Shown here in pieces: positions 1-11,441 of a stretch of 64,000 nt of DNA (within the stretch, counting starts at the first letter, position 1; each line of letters starts with the position of its first letter). Position numbers and translations under genes: made by a program. The stretch is from contig OX597840.1 of the NCBI GenBank assembly GCA_951406725.2, positions 14,198,001 through 14,262,000 of the forward strand, in the 5' to 3' direction. A model generated the notes under the pieces. It ran no database searches, was not told the origin of the DNA, and saw only the letters and a list, made by a program, of their open reading frames with translations. Source of the stretch: Octopus vulgaris. Taxonomy: Eukaryota.

Positions 1-248
1 CACTGCTCTTCTCAAAAGTTACATATTATCATAACTGAATTCCAAATAACTCAAAGTGCTTAGAAATTATTTACATATTTAATGAGTGTTTACTTTTCTG
101 TCTGTCTGTTTGCCTGTCTGCCTGTCTCTATCCCTATCTTGCTTTCTCTCTCTCTCTGCCTCTGTAAAGGGTGGTACTCCAGCATGGCCATAGTCAGAAT
201 GACTGAAACAAGTAAAAGAATAAAAGAATATATAATATATATATATAT

Positions 249-410
249 AGGCACACACGAGGCAGTGTGGTAAGAAGCTTGCTTCCCAACCATATGGTTC
301 CAAGTTCAGTCCCACTGCGTGACATCTTAAGTAAATGTCTTCTATTATAGCTTTGGGTGGACCATAGCCTTGTGAGTGGATTTGGTAGACAGAAACTGAA
401 AAAGCCCATC

Positions 411-446
<36 letters not shown>

Positions 447-665
447 GCATATATTTCTGTGTTTGTGTTCGTCTTTGTCCCTCCATTATCACTTGACAAC
501 CAATGTTGGTGTGTTTACTTCCCCATAACTTAGCAGTTTGGCAAAAATGTCCAATAGAATAAATACAAGGCTTACAAAGAATAAGTCCAGGTGTCGATTT
601 CTTTGACTAAAAAGGTGGTGCTCTAGCATGGCCACAGTCAAAATGACTGAAACAAGTAAAAGAAT
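249..665 (+). mobile_element. tRNA-headed SINE, family A (octopus OK/OR-like), near full length
   Basis: Head ggcagtgtggtaagaagcttgcttcccaaccatatggttccaagttcagtccc (A/B-box-like), internal (TG/TA)n, tail gactgaaacaagtaaaagaat; many similar copies in the window. Confidence 0.85.
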
Positions 666-724
666 ATTATATATATATATATTATGAAATGGATTTAAAC
701 GCAGCTGTTATTCCAACCTTTATA

Positions 725-811
725 CTTCCGACATATGTTTTGAAGAAAACGTTGATATTATTCCGGAGGGAATAAAATGATGTAAAACAATGTATTCATC
801 TTGTCAGGAAG
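725..811 (-). ncRNA. Degenerate minimal type I hammerhead motif (Penelope-like pLTR remnant)
   Basis: Minus strand cttc-CTGACAA-gatgaa...ttcttc-AAAA-catatg-TC-ggaag; two core G>A changes in CpG context; between (TA)n tracts. Confidence 0.5.
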
Positions 812-875
812 AAAAGAGAAACACAACACATCAATAAGCCATTTTACCTGAATGTGATTACTGTGTATATATATA

Positions 876-906
<31 letters not shown>

Positions 907-1114
907 ATGTGCGTGTGTCTAACCCCACCCACATATACACTAGAGTGTTACCCAATGCAAGATGGGTAACTTTGGATGTATATTAAGTTGCAGTTTATTG
1001 TATGTATGCCCTACTTCATGGTATGACTCATAGTGACAACTAAAGCATATTCAAATGATTCTAACCTTTACAGTAATATATTCACTTGTGACTGTTTTAC
1101 ATATATATGTATGT

Positions 1115-1410
1115 ATAGTGTTGGGCCCTATGGAGGCATTATGCTGTGCTTGAGAAAAAGACTCATCAAGCCAAACAAAATCGCAGTTATGGCAGATGCT
1201 GGTGTTATGCAAATGGCACCCATGCTGGTGGCACGTAAAAGCATCCATTACACTCTCAAAGATGCTGGCATTAGGAAGGGCATCCAGCCATAGAAAACCA
1301 TGCCAAATCAGACTGGAATCTGGTGCAGCCTTCCAGTATGCCAACCTAGTCAAACTGTTCAATCCATGCCAGCATGGACAATGGACGTTAAATGGTATGA
1401 TGATGATGGT
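1115..1410 (+). mobile_element. RTE-type LINE 3' end or RTE-tailed SINE
   Basis: ggcattaggaagggcatccagccatagaaa ... ccatgccagcatgga...ggacgttaaat followed by (GAT)n tail; same tail recurs elsewhere in the window. Confidence 0.7.
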
Positions 1411-1589
1411 GAACAGATTATTCCAAAGGGACTTTGGCCACCAAGATCATGTGATTTAACACCACCAGACCTTTTTTTCTGAGGAGCAAGTAAAAGATCA
1501 GTGTACAAGAACCACCCAAAAACCATCAATTGCACAGACTAAAAGTTGGATGGGGCCAGGATAAACTACCTGAATCAACTTGCTATAAA

Positions 1590-2152
1590 AGCAGGTAATA
1601 AGTACAAACTTAGTACAAGTTTCAATTGTACATTTCAATTTTAACAGTTAGTTTTTCAAAGCTATAATGGAAGTAACAAAGGAGCATATTTGGGGATATT
1701 TTACTTTGTGAATTCAATAGAGCAACAACGCAAAGGAAAATGGGAAGAATATTAATGCATTATATGGGGATCAGACAATAAACGTAAGCCAGTGTCAACA
1801 GTGGTTCGAGAAATTCTGAGCCAGAAACTACAGCCTAGAAGATGAACCACGTCCTGGAAAATATGTAGAGCTTGACGAGAACGTCCAGCAAACCCAGGTG
1901 GAACCAAAGCCCACAGAGAGTGAATGTGTGCTCTTCTTTGCTGTCATGTCTCATGAAGGAACTTTTGGGGGGACTGAATAGTGACTGGTAATGAGAAATA
2001 AGTTCTCTCTAAAAATGTCAAATGCCAAAGACTGTGTGTAGGGAAAGGAGAAACAGCAGCACCCCCAAGCTAAAGTAGGTCTTCACCCATGTAAGGTGTT
2101 GTTATTTTTTTTTTTCAGGGATATGAAAGGTTTAGTCCACTGTGAACTTTAA
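1590..2152 (+). mobile_element. Degenerate mariner transposase remnant
   Basis: Hand translation across frameshifts: MEVTKEHI...YGDQTINVSQCQQWFEKF*ARNYSLEDEPRPG, IVTGNEK*VL (D,D34D first motif IVTGDEKW), LHPCKVLL, DMKGLVHCEL. Confidence 0.8.
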
Positions 2153-2229
2153 GCGAGTGAAAACATGTTTGTAACATATTTCAACATTTAAAAGCAAAGC
2201 CACTGCAGTTACCCTCATCATTCATCTTC

Positions 2230-2906
2230 CTTATTTAACACCAGTTTTCCATGAGTAAGATGCCTTGACTGGGGCTGGTAAGTCAGAGAGCTTCACCAGG
2301 CTCCAGTCTGTTCTGGCTTCATTTCTAAGACTGGATACCCTTCCTAATGCCAAACACTCAACAGAGTGTGCTGGGTGTCTTTAGCATATTATCAGCATGG
2401 ATGCCTTTTATGTGTTACTGGCATGGATGCCTTTTACACATCACTGGCACAGGTGCCATTTATGTGTCATCAGCACAGGTGCCTGCCACGTGTCACCAGC
2501 ATGGATGCCTATCATGTGTCACTGGTGCAAGTGCATTTCACAAATCTCTGGTATGGGTGCCTTTCACATGTCCCCAGCTCAGATGCCTTTAATGTGTCAC
2601 CAGCATGGGTGACTCTTCTATGTCACCAGCACAGACGCCTTTAACATGTCACTGGCAAGGAGGCCTTTTGTGTGTCACCAGCATGGATTCTTTATAATGG
2701 ATCACTGGCAAGGGGACCATTTGTGTGTCACCAGCACTGGCCACAATTATCATTTCACTTATCTTGACATGTCTTTCCAAGCACAGAAAATTGCCAAAAG
2801 TCTTTGGACTTGTCATCACTTTTGTCATACTCATCTTCTGAAGATCATATTTTACCCTCTTGTCCCATGTCTTCCTGGGTCTACCTCTTCCATAGCTTCC
2901 CACCAC
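2230..2906 (-). mobile_element. RTE LINE 3' fragment with expanded 26-bp tandem array in its 3' UTR
   Basis: ORF 2649-2906 GRGRPRKTWDKRVKYDL is the RTE ORF C-terminal motif; downstream on minus strand come the array and the RTE-type tail. Confidence 0.75.
2372..2740. repeat. Degenerate minisatellite, about 14 copies of a 26-bp unit
   Basis: Unit approximates atgccttttatgtgtcaccagcatgg, head-to-tail, no unique spacers. Confidence 0.85.
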
Positions 2907-2999
2907 AATTGTGTGCGTCTGTCTATGAAAATTGACACATACAAGACATTTTGGTCAAAATATTAACTAACTCACAATCATGAAGTCTTTGGTCTGATC

Positions 3000-3880
3000 A
3001 GGACTTAAGCAGATTTAACGGTGAGTCACATCAGCTTCTAAGCCTCTGCTGCTGCTTCAGGCTTTTGCTTAACGAGGCTGGGGTCATCCCAGGCTAGTGG
3101 CCCCAGAGACCTCATCATATATAGATGTGACCAGGTCCACCAGTGCTCTTTATCACTGGCGGTCCCGTGCCAGCCCCTCAGCATTGAGCCTCTGGAGATC
3201 TTCCTTAACCATGTCCAGCCATCTGGTGCAGTTCCTGTCACGAGGCTTCTTCCAGTCCACAGATTGAAGCCCTGGTAGGACGATCTAGCGCAGGGGTCGC
3301 TAAAGGGGGTCCGAGGGATCCCCTAGGGTTTAGTGAGGAATTTACAGGGTGTTGATGATAGCCAAGGGATCAAATAGGGGCTGGCATGCAAGAGACTAGT
3401 TCACCCATATGAACTGCTTGAAATACTCAGTCAGTGCCATGAAACGTAGAAAAACAGGATGCATTTTTCACATTTTCTAACCATGAAATTAATTTCATAA
3501 AAATTGAAAGTTTAATAATGTGTACTTGTACACATAGTTTTAAATGTAAAAAGTGTGTCATCTTCAACGGAATTTCTTAATTTGTTGCACATGTATATTT
3601 TAGCTAACATTTTAATTGCTAGCATCAATACCCATTACGCATTTGATATATGGTAGGGTAGGGTAGGGTATTAAGGTATTTTAAATGAGGAGGGTGGTCA
3701 ATGAGGAAGGAGAATTGGCTAAAGGGAATTGATGCACAAGATGTGGCTAAAGGAGGCTGATGGCTGAAAAAGTTTGGTGACCCCTGATCTAGTGGGAGAC
3801 GGAGGTCATGCTTGTACCAGCACATGCAATGGATAGGTGGGAGGCTGTGGGTCGATGCAGTTCTTTGTTGGAAATGTATG
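3000..3880 (-). mobile_element. RTE LINE 3' fragment interrupted by a hAT MITE
   Basis: Minus-strand translation YISNKELHR...LRLPLDRPTR...DWKKPRDRNCTRWLDMVKEDLQRL...ARDR continues across the MITE insertion. Confidence 0.65.
3291..3786. mobile_element. hAT-type MITE
   Basis: TIRs caggggtcgctaaa / tttggtgacccctg (12/14 match); 8-bp TSD atctagcg (3283-3290) / atctagtg (3787-3794). Confidence 0.85.
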
Positions 3881-5049
3881 GAAAACTAAAAAGTGGAAAG
3901 AAAAAGAACCTCACAGACCCTGGCTGATACTGAGAAATCATCCCCACACCCCATCCCACTAAAATATGAGTTGCGTGCCACTATGATTGTTCAGATACTG
4001 GGCCTTCTTGATCATTGATGATTTCTTGCAGCAAGTGAAAATATTTAGTGTAGAACAATTGCAAAGCCTGGACACTTCCCTTCAGAATCGGAAACTACTA
4101 CAACTCCAACAATTACTGGCCATCTATAGAAAGCTCAAAGTGGTTCCAGAATGATGGAATACTATATTCTTTGAGAGTCTCCATTGGTTTCATTTGATGG
4201 ATTGAGTTGAAAACTTTGCTAAAGTCTATAAATCATAAAACAGTTTTTGCAATTCAGACTGCTTAATCTTTACGTATGTGTGTGCATGTGTGTGTGGCTA
4301 CATACATGCTAACTGACAGTCATATATATATATATAAATGAATGTTTTTATATATAATGAACGTAGAAACACAGGAAGGGACGAACACGGAACACAGACA
4401 AATCATTCGAAGCCTTCAATCTTCAGTCAGACATATATATATATATACATATACATGTCTATACAGAAGAACTGAGCATTGTTTCCATGTAAGATATACT
4501 TAAAAAATACTTGAAGCAGATGCGAGAGAAACAGAGAGGAGTGGGAGAAGGAATGAGAGAGATTAACTAAAGATGCAGTCATATCAAAATCTTTGTCTTT
4601 GTATTCTTCCTACTCCCCCCCCCACATCACATTCACCCACTTTCACTTGCATGCTTACTTTAACTCCCCTTCTTAATCAAGCCCTCACTTAGAATTTTTC
4701 ATCTTACTTTCTTTCCCTCTTATTTTCTTTTTAATGATTTCACTCTTTTCTGTCTCACCCCTTTCTCTCTCTCTCCCTCCCTCCCTCTCTCTCTCCCTCA
4801 TTTTCTCCTTTCACTGTTGCCAACACCATAACAGGTAATTCCTTTGCTGTTACCTCAACCATGACTTTATTTCTAATTCTATTTGAGTTACTATTCTTAA
4901 TGTTATGCAAAAGGAAGGTTAGTAGGTACTATTGAATTAATAGATTGATAGCTGTTATCAGGCATTTTACTCTTCTACATGTTAATGTACGCATCTGTCC
5001 CTTCCTAAAAAGCATCATTCTCTAAAATAGAACCTAATTATGTACTTAC

Positions 5050-5151
5050 CAGCCTCTTTGAAATTTATATCACCAAAATCTTAAGTGCAAAAAACCCTTG
5101 TACACAACAGATTTCTCTTAATGTATAAATATATAGTCTTTATAACTGCTA
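5050..5151 (-). other. Candidate non-coding exon
   Basis: Acceptor tcatttttgcag and donor CTG|gtaagt; stop codons in all three frames. Confidence 0.35.
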
Positions 5152-5649
5152 CTGCAAAAATGATTTTCCATATATTACAGTGTTTATGTGTTCATGGATG
5201 GTTGCACAAATACGAGTGTGTGTGTAAGCATGTATAGATTTATGTTCATATGTCTGAGTGTGTATGAGTTTGCTGAGATACAAATAACTGACCCTACCTC
5301 CAAGTTAGCTTTCATTTAATTTTTATAATTATTAAAACTTTATTTATATATTTTAAGTTGAATTAATGTAACCATATTTTAGAAATTGTTTTGAAATATT
5401 AAAATAAACTCAAAATCATTCTTCATGTTACAAGAAAAAATAACAAAAAAAAAAACAGTCACAGTTCCGTAATAAGCCAGGTAAGAAAAAAATTCGGTCC
5501 CCACAGGAACTCAAACCTATGGCTTACTCCACGACCCCTTAAGAAAATCCCTCAAATTAGAATATTTTCTAAAATATATTATAACCAGTTTTTATTTTAC
5601 ATCTGGTGATGCAAGCAGGAAAATAGAAATCAAAATATGAATATATCTC

Positions 5650-6300
5650 TTACATGTTTCAGTTGTTGGACTGTGGCCATGCTGCAGCACTGCCTTGAAG
5701 AATTTTTAGCTGAATTAATCAACCCCAGTACTTATTATTATTTTTTTTTTTTTTTTGTAAAGTCTCGTACTTATTCTATCAATCCCTTTTGGGGACATAA
5801 ACACACCAACACCAGTTGTCATGTGGTGGTGGGAGGCACATGCATACACAAAGACACATGTGAATGCACACACATGCATGCATGTGTGCACGCTTTACAC
5901 ACATAAGATGGGCTTCTTTCAGTTTCCATCTACATCCACTCACAAGACCTTTGTCAGCTCGAGGCAATAGCAGAAGGCACTTGCCCAAGATGTCATGCAG
6001 TGGAATTGATCCTGGAACCATATGGTTGGGGAGTAAACTTCTTACCATGCAGCCATGCCTGCATCTTTTCTTTGATTCTTTTATTCTTCTACTTGTTTCA
6101 GTCATCTGACTGTAGCCATGCTGGAGCACATCCTTAAAGGGCTTTTAGTCGAAGAAACCAACCCCACCAGGACTTATTCTTTGTAAGCCTAGTATCTGTT
6201 CTATCTCTTCTTTTTGCTGAACCACTAAGTGACGGATACGTAAACACACCAAGATCTGTTGTCAAGCAATGGTGGGAAGAACACACACAGGCACACACAC
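5650..6300 (-). mobile_element. Two adjacent family A SINE copies (one near full length, one 3' half)
   Basis: Reverse complement of family A tail (tttcagtcat...gccatgctggagcac) and head (cttcttaccatgcagcca). Confidence 0.8.
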
Positions 6301-6318
6301 ACATAAACATGTACACAC

Positions 6319-6386
<68 letters not shown>

Positions 6387-6456
6387 AAGAAAGGTAAAAT
6401 TGTAATTGTAGATGAACTTTTATTCAGGATCCAGGTTGGTACAGAACCAATATACG

Positions 6457-6538
6457 TTCTACAAATTGTTTCAGAGTCTAATTGATTCCGAAAACGAAAA
6501 ACTCTTCATGAAATAAAAATTAGATTCTTCGTCAGGAA
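6457..6538 (-). ncRNA. Type I hammerhead ribozyme motif with intact core
   Basis: ttc-CTGACGA-agaatctaatt...aattagactct-GAAA-caatttg-TA-gaa; stem II 10/11 bp, stem I 3 bp, GUA triplet. Confidence 0.65.
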
Positions 6539-6799
6539 TTACATACTGGTATGAATAATTACAACCAACAAAAATATACAAAGACCTTTCATAGCCCAGA
6601 CGGGAATGAGCAAATATATGTTTAAGTTATAGAACAAAGTTCAACAAATTCAGTCACATTTTTCATAAATGGAGGAGATTAGATGTTAATATGGAATAAA
6701 ATATTTTTTATTCATTTTGCTATACAATCATTTCATACATAAAGACAATAAATTCATTTTAAGAATCTGAGTTGTCAGAGAGTGCTCATCAGTAACACA

Positions 6800-7018
6800 A
6801 AGGTAGCGAGCTGGCAGAAACATTAGCACGCCAGGTGAAAAGCTTAGCGGTATTTCATCTATCTTTATGTTTTGAGTTCAAATTCTGCCAAGGTCGACTT
6901 TGCCTTTCATCCTTTTAGAGCTGATAAATTAAGTACCAGCTGTGCACTGGAGTCAGTCTAATTGATTGACCCCACCTCCCCAAAAATTTTGGGCCTTATG
7001 CCTCAAGTAGAAAAGAAT
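6800..7018 (+). mobile_element. tRNA-headed SINE, family B (Meta-domain-like core)
   Basis: ggtagcgagctggcagaaacattagc...gagttcaaattc...gactttgcctttcatcc...aaattaagtaccag; many copies in the window. Confidence 0.8.
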
Positions 7019-7490
7019 AAGAAAAAATATAATAAAAGCTAAATAAAAAAAAGTGAGACTTTAGCATTACTTTGGTATGGTGTTCTTGATAATTTCTGTA
7101 ATAGATTGTTCTTGGGGTCATATCTATTTAAAACACAATATATACGACAGGCTTCTTTCAGTTTCTGTCTACCAAATCCACTTACAAGGGTTTGGTCAGC
7201 CTAATGCTAAAGAAGACACTTACCTGAGGTGCCATGCAGTGGGACTGAACCTTGAACCCAGAACCATGCTCCTATGTATGCAGAGGTTACAGTGCTTTCT
7301 TAGTTTCCTTCATTGGCTTTTCTTCTTCGTTATTCTTTGCATGATTATAATATGGCAATAATTCATAATCATTTAACACCAACTCCGAAATAGTGGAGAA
7401 CAGGTGTTTATTTGTTGCATTTGGTTATCTTTACAACCATTAGATAGACACCTGTGTGTGTGTGTGTGTGTGTGTATATGTATATCTATA

Positions 7491-8687
7491 TATTATTATT
7501 ATGGCTGCCCCCTCGTTATCGAGTATGGCCATTGCCTGAAGCTCAACTGTTACTGGTGCTGTGATCGAATGTGACTTTTTAGTCCAGCTAAAGATCTACA
7601 ATGTCTTGTACAAAATTGGCAACTAAAACCTTTACCGGTAATAGCCGGCTGTAGTTGTAACTGGGCTTCATGTACCTTTGCATGTTGTTTAAGTCCTCCT
7701 GCCGAATTACACTCTCTTCCACATGCCCGACAGATATGATTAGTATGGTGTGTTACACCACCACCAGTGGCCAGGTTGTCACTCATCTGTCTCGTTTTAT
7801 GACTACGAAGATGAATCATGAGTCTAGCTTTACTGAGGCCGGGTCTTGCACAGACACTGCATGTCAGAATCAAAGGAAGACCTTTCCCTTCTGGAAGTGT
7901 AACAGCGATGCCCTTCTTGACATCCCTCCTTACTTTCTCATGTGCAACTCGAGATTTCTCAAAAGTGGCTGTCCCCTCATGCACAATCCTTCTCCACCTG
8001 CTACGATCAATAGCTATGCCTTCCCATGTGTCAGGAGAGATGCAAGCATCTCTTAAGGAAGCCTTTAGCAAGTCCTTATACCTCTTTTTTGGTTTATGTG
8101 GAGGTCGTTCTCCTTTAGCTAACTCTCCATAAAAGAGTTGTTTTGACATCCTTGAATCCTTCATTGTGACCAGATGACCACTCCATCTGAGCCTTTGCTT
8201 TAACACAAGAGCTTCTATACTTTGACACCGAGTATTTCAAGATCACTGATGCGGTCCTTCCACTTAATGCTATAGGTCCATCTGAGGCACATCTGATGTG
8301 GTATCGATATGTGACCCACGTCTCGCAGGCATAGAGAAGAGAAGGGAGCACACATGCCTTGTACAGCTTTATCTTTGTCTTTCTGCATATGTCTTGCCGA
8401 CTCCAGAGGCGCTTTTCTAGCCTTCCGAAAGCAACACTTGCTTTCCTAATTCTATATGGAATTTCATCATCCACATTGCCATATCTATTAATAGTGCTTC
8501 CCAGGTAGACAAACTGATCGACTACATCAAGTCGTTTACCATTCACATAGATATTTGGTACACTATACTGCTTACCAGGGGCAGGTTGATGCATGACAAC
8601 AGTGCAAGCATCAGAGAATGCATTAAAAATGTGTTGCATATCAATCTCTGTTTGTGCTACTAGCTCACAATCATCAGCATACAAATA
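7491..8687 (-). mobile_element. 5'-truncated RTE-clade LINE: RT from YADD onward plus three C2H2 zinc fingers; frameshifted and internally deleted
   Basis: YADD, VVDQFVYLGS, RIRKASVAFGRL, VLPSLLYACETW, QRLRWSGHLVTMKDSRMSKQLFYGEL; three CxxC-x12-HxxxH(x) fingers; ends ggcagcca(TAA)n. Confidence 0.92.
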
Positions 8688-8734
8688 TACATACACACAC
8701 ATGAACATAGATGTGTGTATCCATAGGTACATTA

Positions 8735-9050
8735 TATCACTGTGATCACCGTGACTGACCAGGCTATCATATGTTGCTACACATCGCTGGTCACAATGCG
8801 CTTTGCATTGTTTTAGCCCTCAAACGATGCCATCCTGCTGGCTAAGCGAGCAGGCCAACAGAAGAAAGAGTGAGAGAAAGTTGTGGCGAAAGAGTACAGC
8901 AGGGATCACCACTGCCCCCTGTCAGACCCTCGTGGAACTTTAGGTGTTTTTGCTCAATAATCACTCACAACACCCAGTCTCAGAATCAAAACTGCGATCC
9001 TACAACTGTGAGTCCACTGCCCTAACGACTGGGCCATTGCGCTTCCGCAG
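8735..9050 (-). mobile_element. tRNA-headed SINE, family C
   Basis: Minus-strand head ggaagcgcaatggcccagtcgttagggcagtggactc...ttgattctgagactggg; homologous to 24900-25200. Confidence 0.75.
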
Positions 9051-9824
9051 TACATATATATATCAAAAGGATGTGTTATAACACTGTTCCACAGCCATAC
9101 GAACAATCCAACATGCCTCCATCATCAGCTGCCCCACGGATATCATTATGGTTTCGACACCTGGGCAGTACCATTCAATCTGGCGGTGTCAACAGCACTA
9201 AAATAAGTATATTATATATATATAGGCGTAGGAGTGGCTGTGTGGTAAAAAGATTGCTTCCCAATCACATGGTTCTGGGTTCAGTCCCTCTGTGTTGCAC
9301 CTTGGGCAGGTGTCTTCTACTATAGCCTTGGGCTGACCAAAGCCTCATGAGTGGATTTGGTAGATGGAAACGGAGAGAAACATATACACACACATACATA
9401 TATACATATATACGACAGGCTTCTTTCAGTTTCCATCTACCTTGCCTTTCATCCTTTCGGAGTCAATAAATTAAGTACCAGTTGTGTACTGGGGTTGATC
9501 TAATTGACTGGCCCCATTCCCCAAAATTTTGTGCCTTGTGCTTAGAGTAGAAAGAATATTTTAACTCATGTCCATTGTCCAGAAATCTTTCATCACACAT
9601 CTGTGACCTCTTGAGTGACACTTTTTGTTTTCATGTGTGCTCTGGCTCCACCTACTCCAAGTGGAGCAAGAGCACACATAGAAATGAAGTGTCACTGAAG
9701 ACATCACAGATTTCTGGACAATGGACACAAGTTAAAATAAGAACAATAATAATTGAGTCAAGAATGAATATATATTGCATGTATTTAATTGGCAAAAAAA
9801 ACAAAACAAAAAAAAGAAATGACC

Positions 9825-10232
9825 AGGTGCAGGAGTGGCTGTGTGGTAAGTAGCTTGCTTACCAACCACATGGTTCTGGGTTCTGTCCCACTGCGTGGCA
9901 TCTTGGGCAAGTGTCTTCTATTATAGTCTCGGGCTGACCAAAGCCATGCGAGTGGATTTGGTAGACGGAAACTGAAAGAAGCCCGTCGTATATATGTTTA
10001 TGTGTATATATTTATGTATATGTTTGTATCTGTCCCCCCAACATTGCTTGACAGCTGATGCTGGTGTGTTTACGTCCCCGTAACTTAGTGGTTCGGCAAA
10101 AGAAACCGATAGAATAAGTACTAGGCTTACAAAGAATAAGTCCTGGGGTTGATTTGCTCGACTAAAGGTGGTGCTCCAGCATGGCCACAGTCAAATGACT
10201 GAAACAAGTAAAAGGGAGTAAAAGAGTAAAAG
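9825..10232 (+). mobile_element. Family A SINE, full length
   Basis: Complete head, body and gactgaaacaagtaaaag tail. Confidence 0.9.
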
Positions 10233-10519
10233 GGTATCCCAAAATACAACGATATCTGTTTCAACACACAACTTCACAGAAATGTTGCAACACAAATACA
10301 CATCTAATTCTATTGGTGTTAAAGACTCAATTCTTTACCATCTCTTGGGTTCTCAACTTATGAGGGAGCTGTAGTGTTGCCATTGTGACATTTGGCATAT
10401 TTTGGGCATTTTTACACCTGTTGCAGCCTACCTCTCTCCATGTCTGAGCACAGTTAATTTCTTCCGGAAAGAGAGATACAGACAAAATGAAAGAGAAATA
10501 AAACCATCAACCCCAGTAC

Positions 10520-10920
10520 ATCATCATCAACATTTAACGTCTGCTTTCCATGCTAGAATGGGTTGGACGATTTGACTGAGGACTGGCAAACCAGATGGCT
10601 GCACCATGTTCCAATCTGATCTGGCAGAGTTTCTACAGCTGGATGCCCCTCCTAATGCCAACCACTCCGAGAGTGTAGTAGGTGCTAGTCAGGTGGTACT
10701 GACAACGGCCACGCTCAAATGGATTTTTTTTACATGCCACCTGCATAGGAGCCAGTCTAGCGGTATTGGGAACGACCTCGCTCTAATGTATTTTCAAGTG
10801 CCAATAAGGCAACACTGGTAACGATCACGCTTGAATGGTGCTTTTTATGTGCCACCGGCATGGAAGCTAGTTAGCTGCTCTGGTAAAGACCAACCATGCT
10901 TGGATGGTGCTCTTAGCCAC
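10520..10920 (-). mobile_element. RTE-type 3' end element
   Basis: (CAT)n-tttaacgtctgctttccatgctag...ctggatgcccctcctaatgcc; homologous to 39710-39915, 49745-50100 and 63540-63900. Confidence 0.75.
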
Positions 10921-11188
10921 TGGTATTTTATTTATTGATTATGAAAGAATGAAAGACATAGTCTACCTCATTGGCATTTAAACTTGTAACTCAGAGAGGT
11001 AGAAAAAATATTAGATGACAACCTAAAGACTCTGCCGTTTTGGTTTATTACGGCTGAATGGACAAAGTTAGACGGAGAAAATAACATCTGCTGGACAATC
11101 TACATGTAATGTCCACCCAAGACACATCACCAATGTTTATATGTCGAATCTGTGACTGAATCTGTAAGATGAAGACTGGACTTTGTAG

Positions 11189-11244
11189 TTAATTCAGCAC
11201 AAGCTCGTTAGCTTCTTCCTCTTCTGTTGGAGCTTCCTCCTCTT
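11189..11244 (-). CDS. Candidate terminal coding exon of an unidentified minus-strand gene (acidic tail ...EEEAPTEEEEANELVLN*)
   Basis: Strong acceptor ttttttcttttccttcgattttgcag; purine-rich exon-like unique sequence; TAA at 11189-11191; AATAAA at 11044-11049; frame not certain. Confidence 0.4.
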
Positions 11245-11401
11245 CTGCAAAATCGAAGGAAAAGAAAAAATAAATCTTTTAATGTTGTCCTCTCTATTTC
11301 TAGCAAGTAAAGCAACTCCGTAAATTTTCCTGCCACAGTGATTATTTAGTAAATCTGATCGATGATCAACGCTGGAAACTATTTAAACATGGAGAATTTT
11401 G

Positions 11402-11441
<40 letters not shown>

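Noticed and set aside
2372-2740. CRISPR-like periodic array
   Set aside because: Degenerate head-to-tail units with no unique spacers, inside a LINE 3' UTR, in eukaryotic DNA with no cas genes.
4360-4432. Hammerhead-like CTGAAGA on the minus strand inside (TA)n
   Set aside because: Followed by GAAT rather than GAAA with no credible stems; may be the tail of a related cassette but is not supportable as a ribozyme.
7550-8206. Host C2H2 zinc-finger transcription factor gene
   Set aside because: The fingers are the C-terminus of an RTE ORF, lack TGEKP linkers and are followed by the LINE tail.
9825-9900. tRNA gene calls at SINE heads (here and at other copies)
   Set aside because: A/B-box-like heads continue into SINE bodies and do not form a complete cloverleaf.
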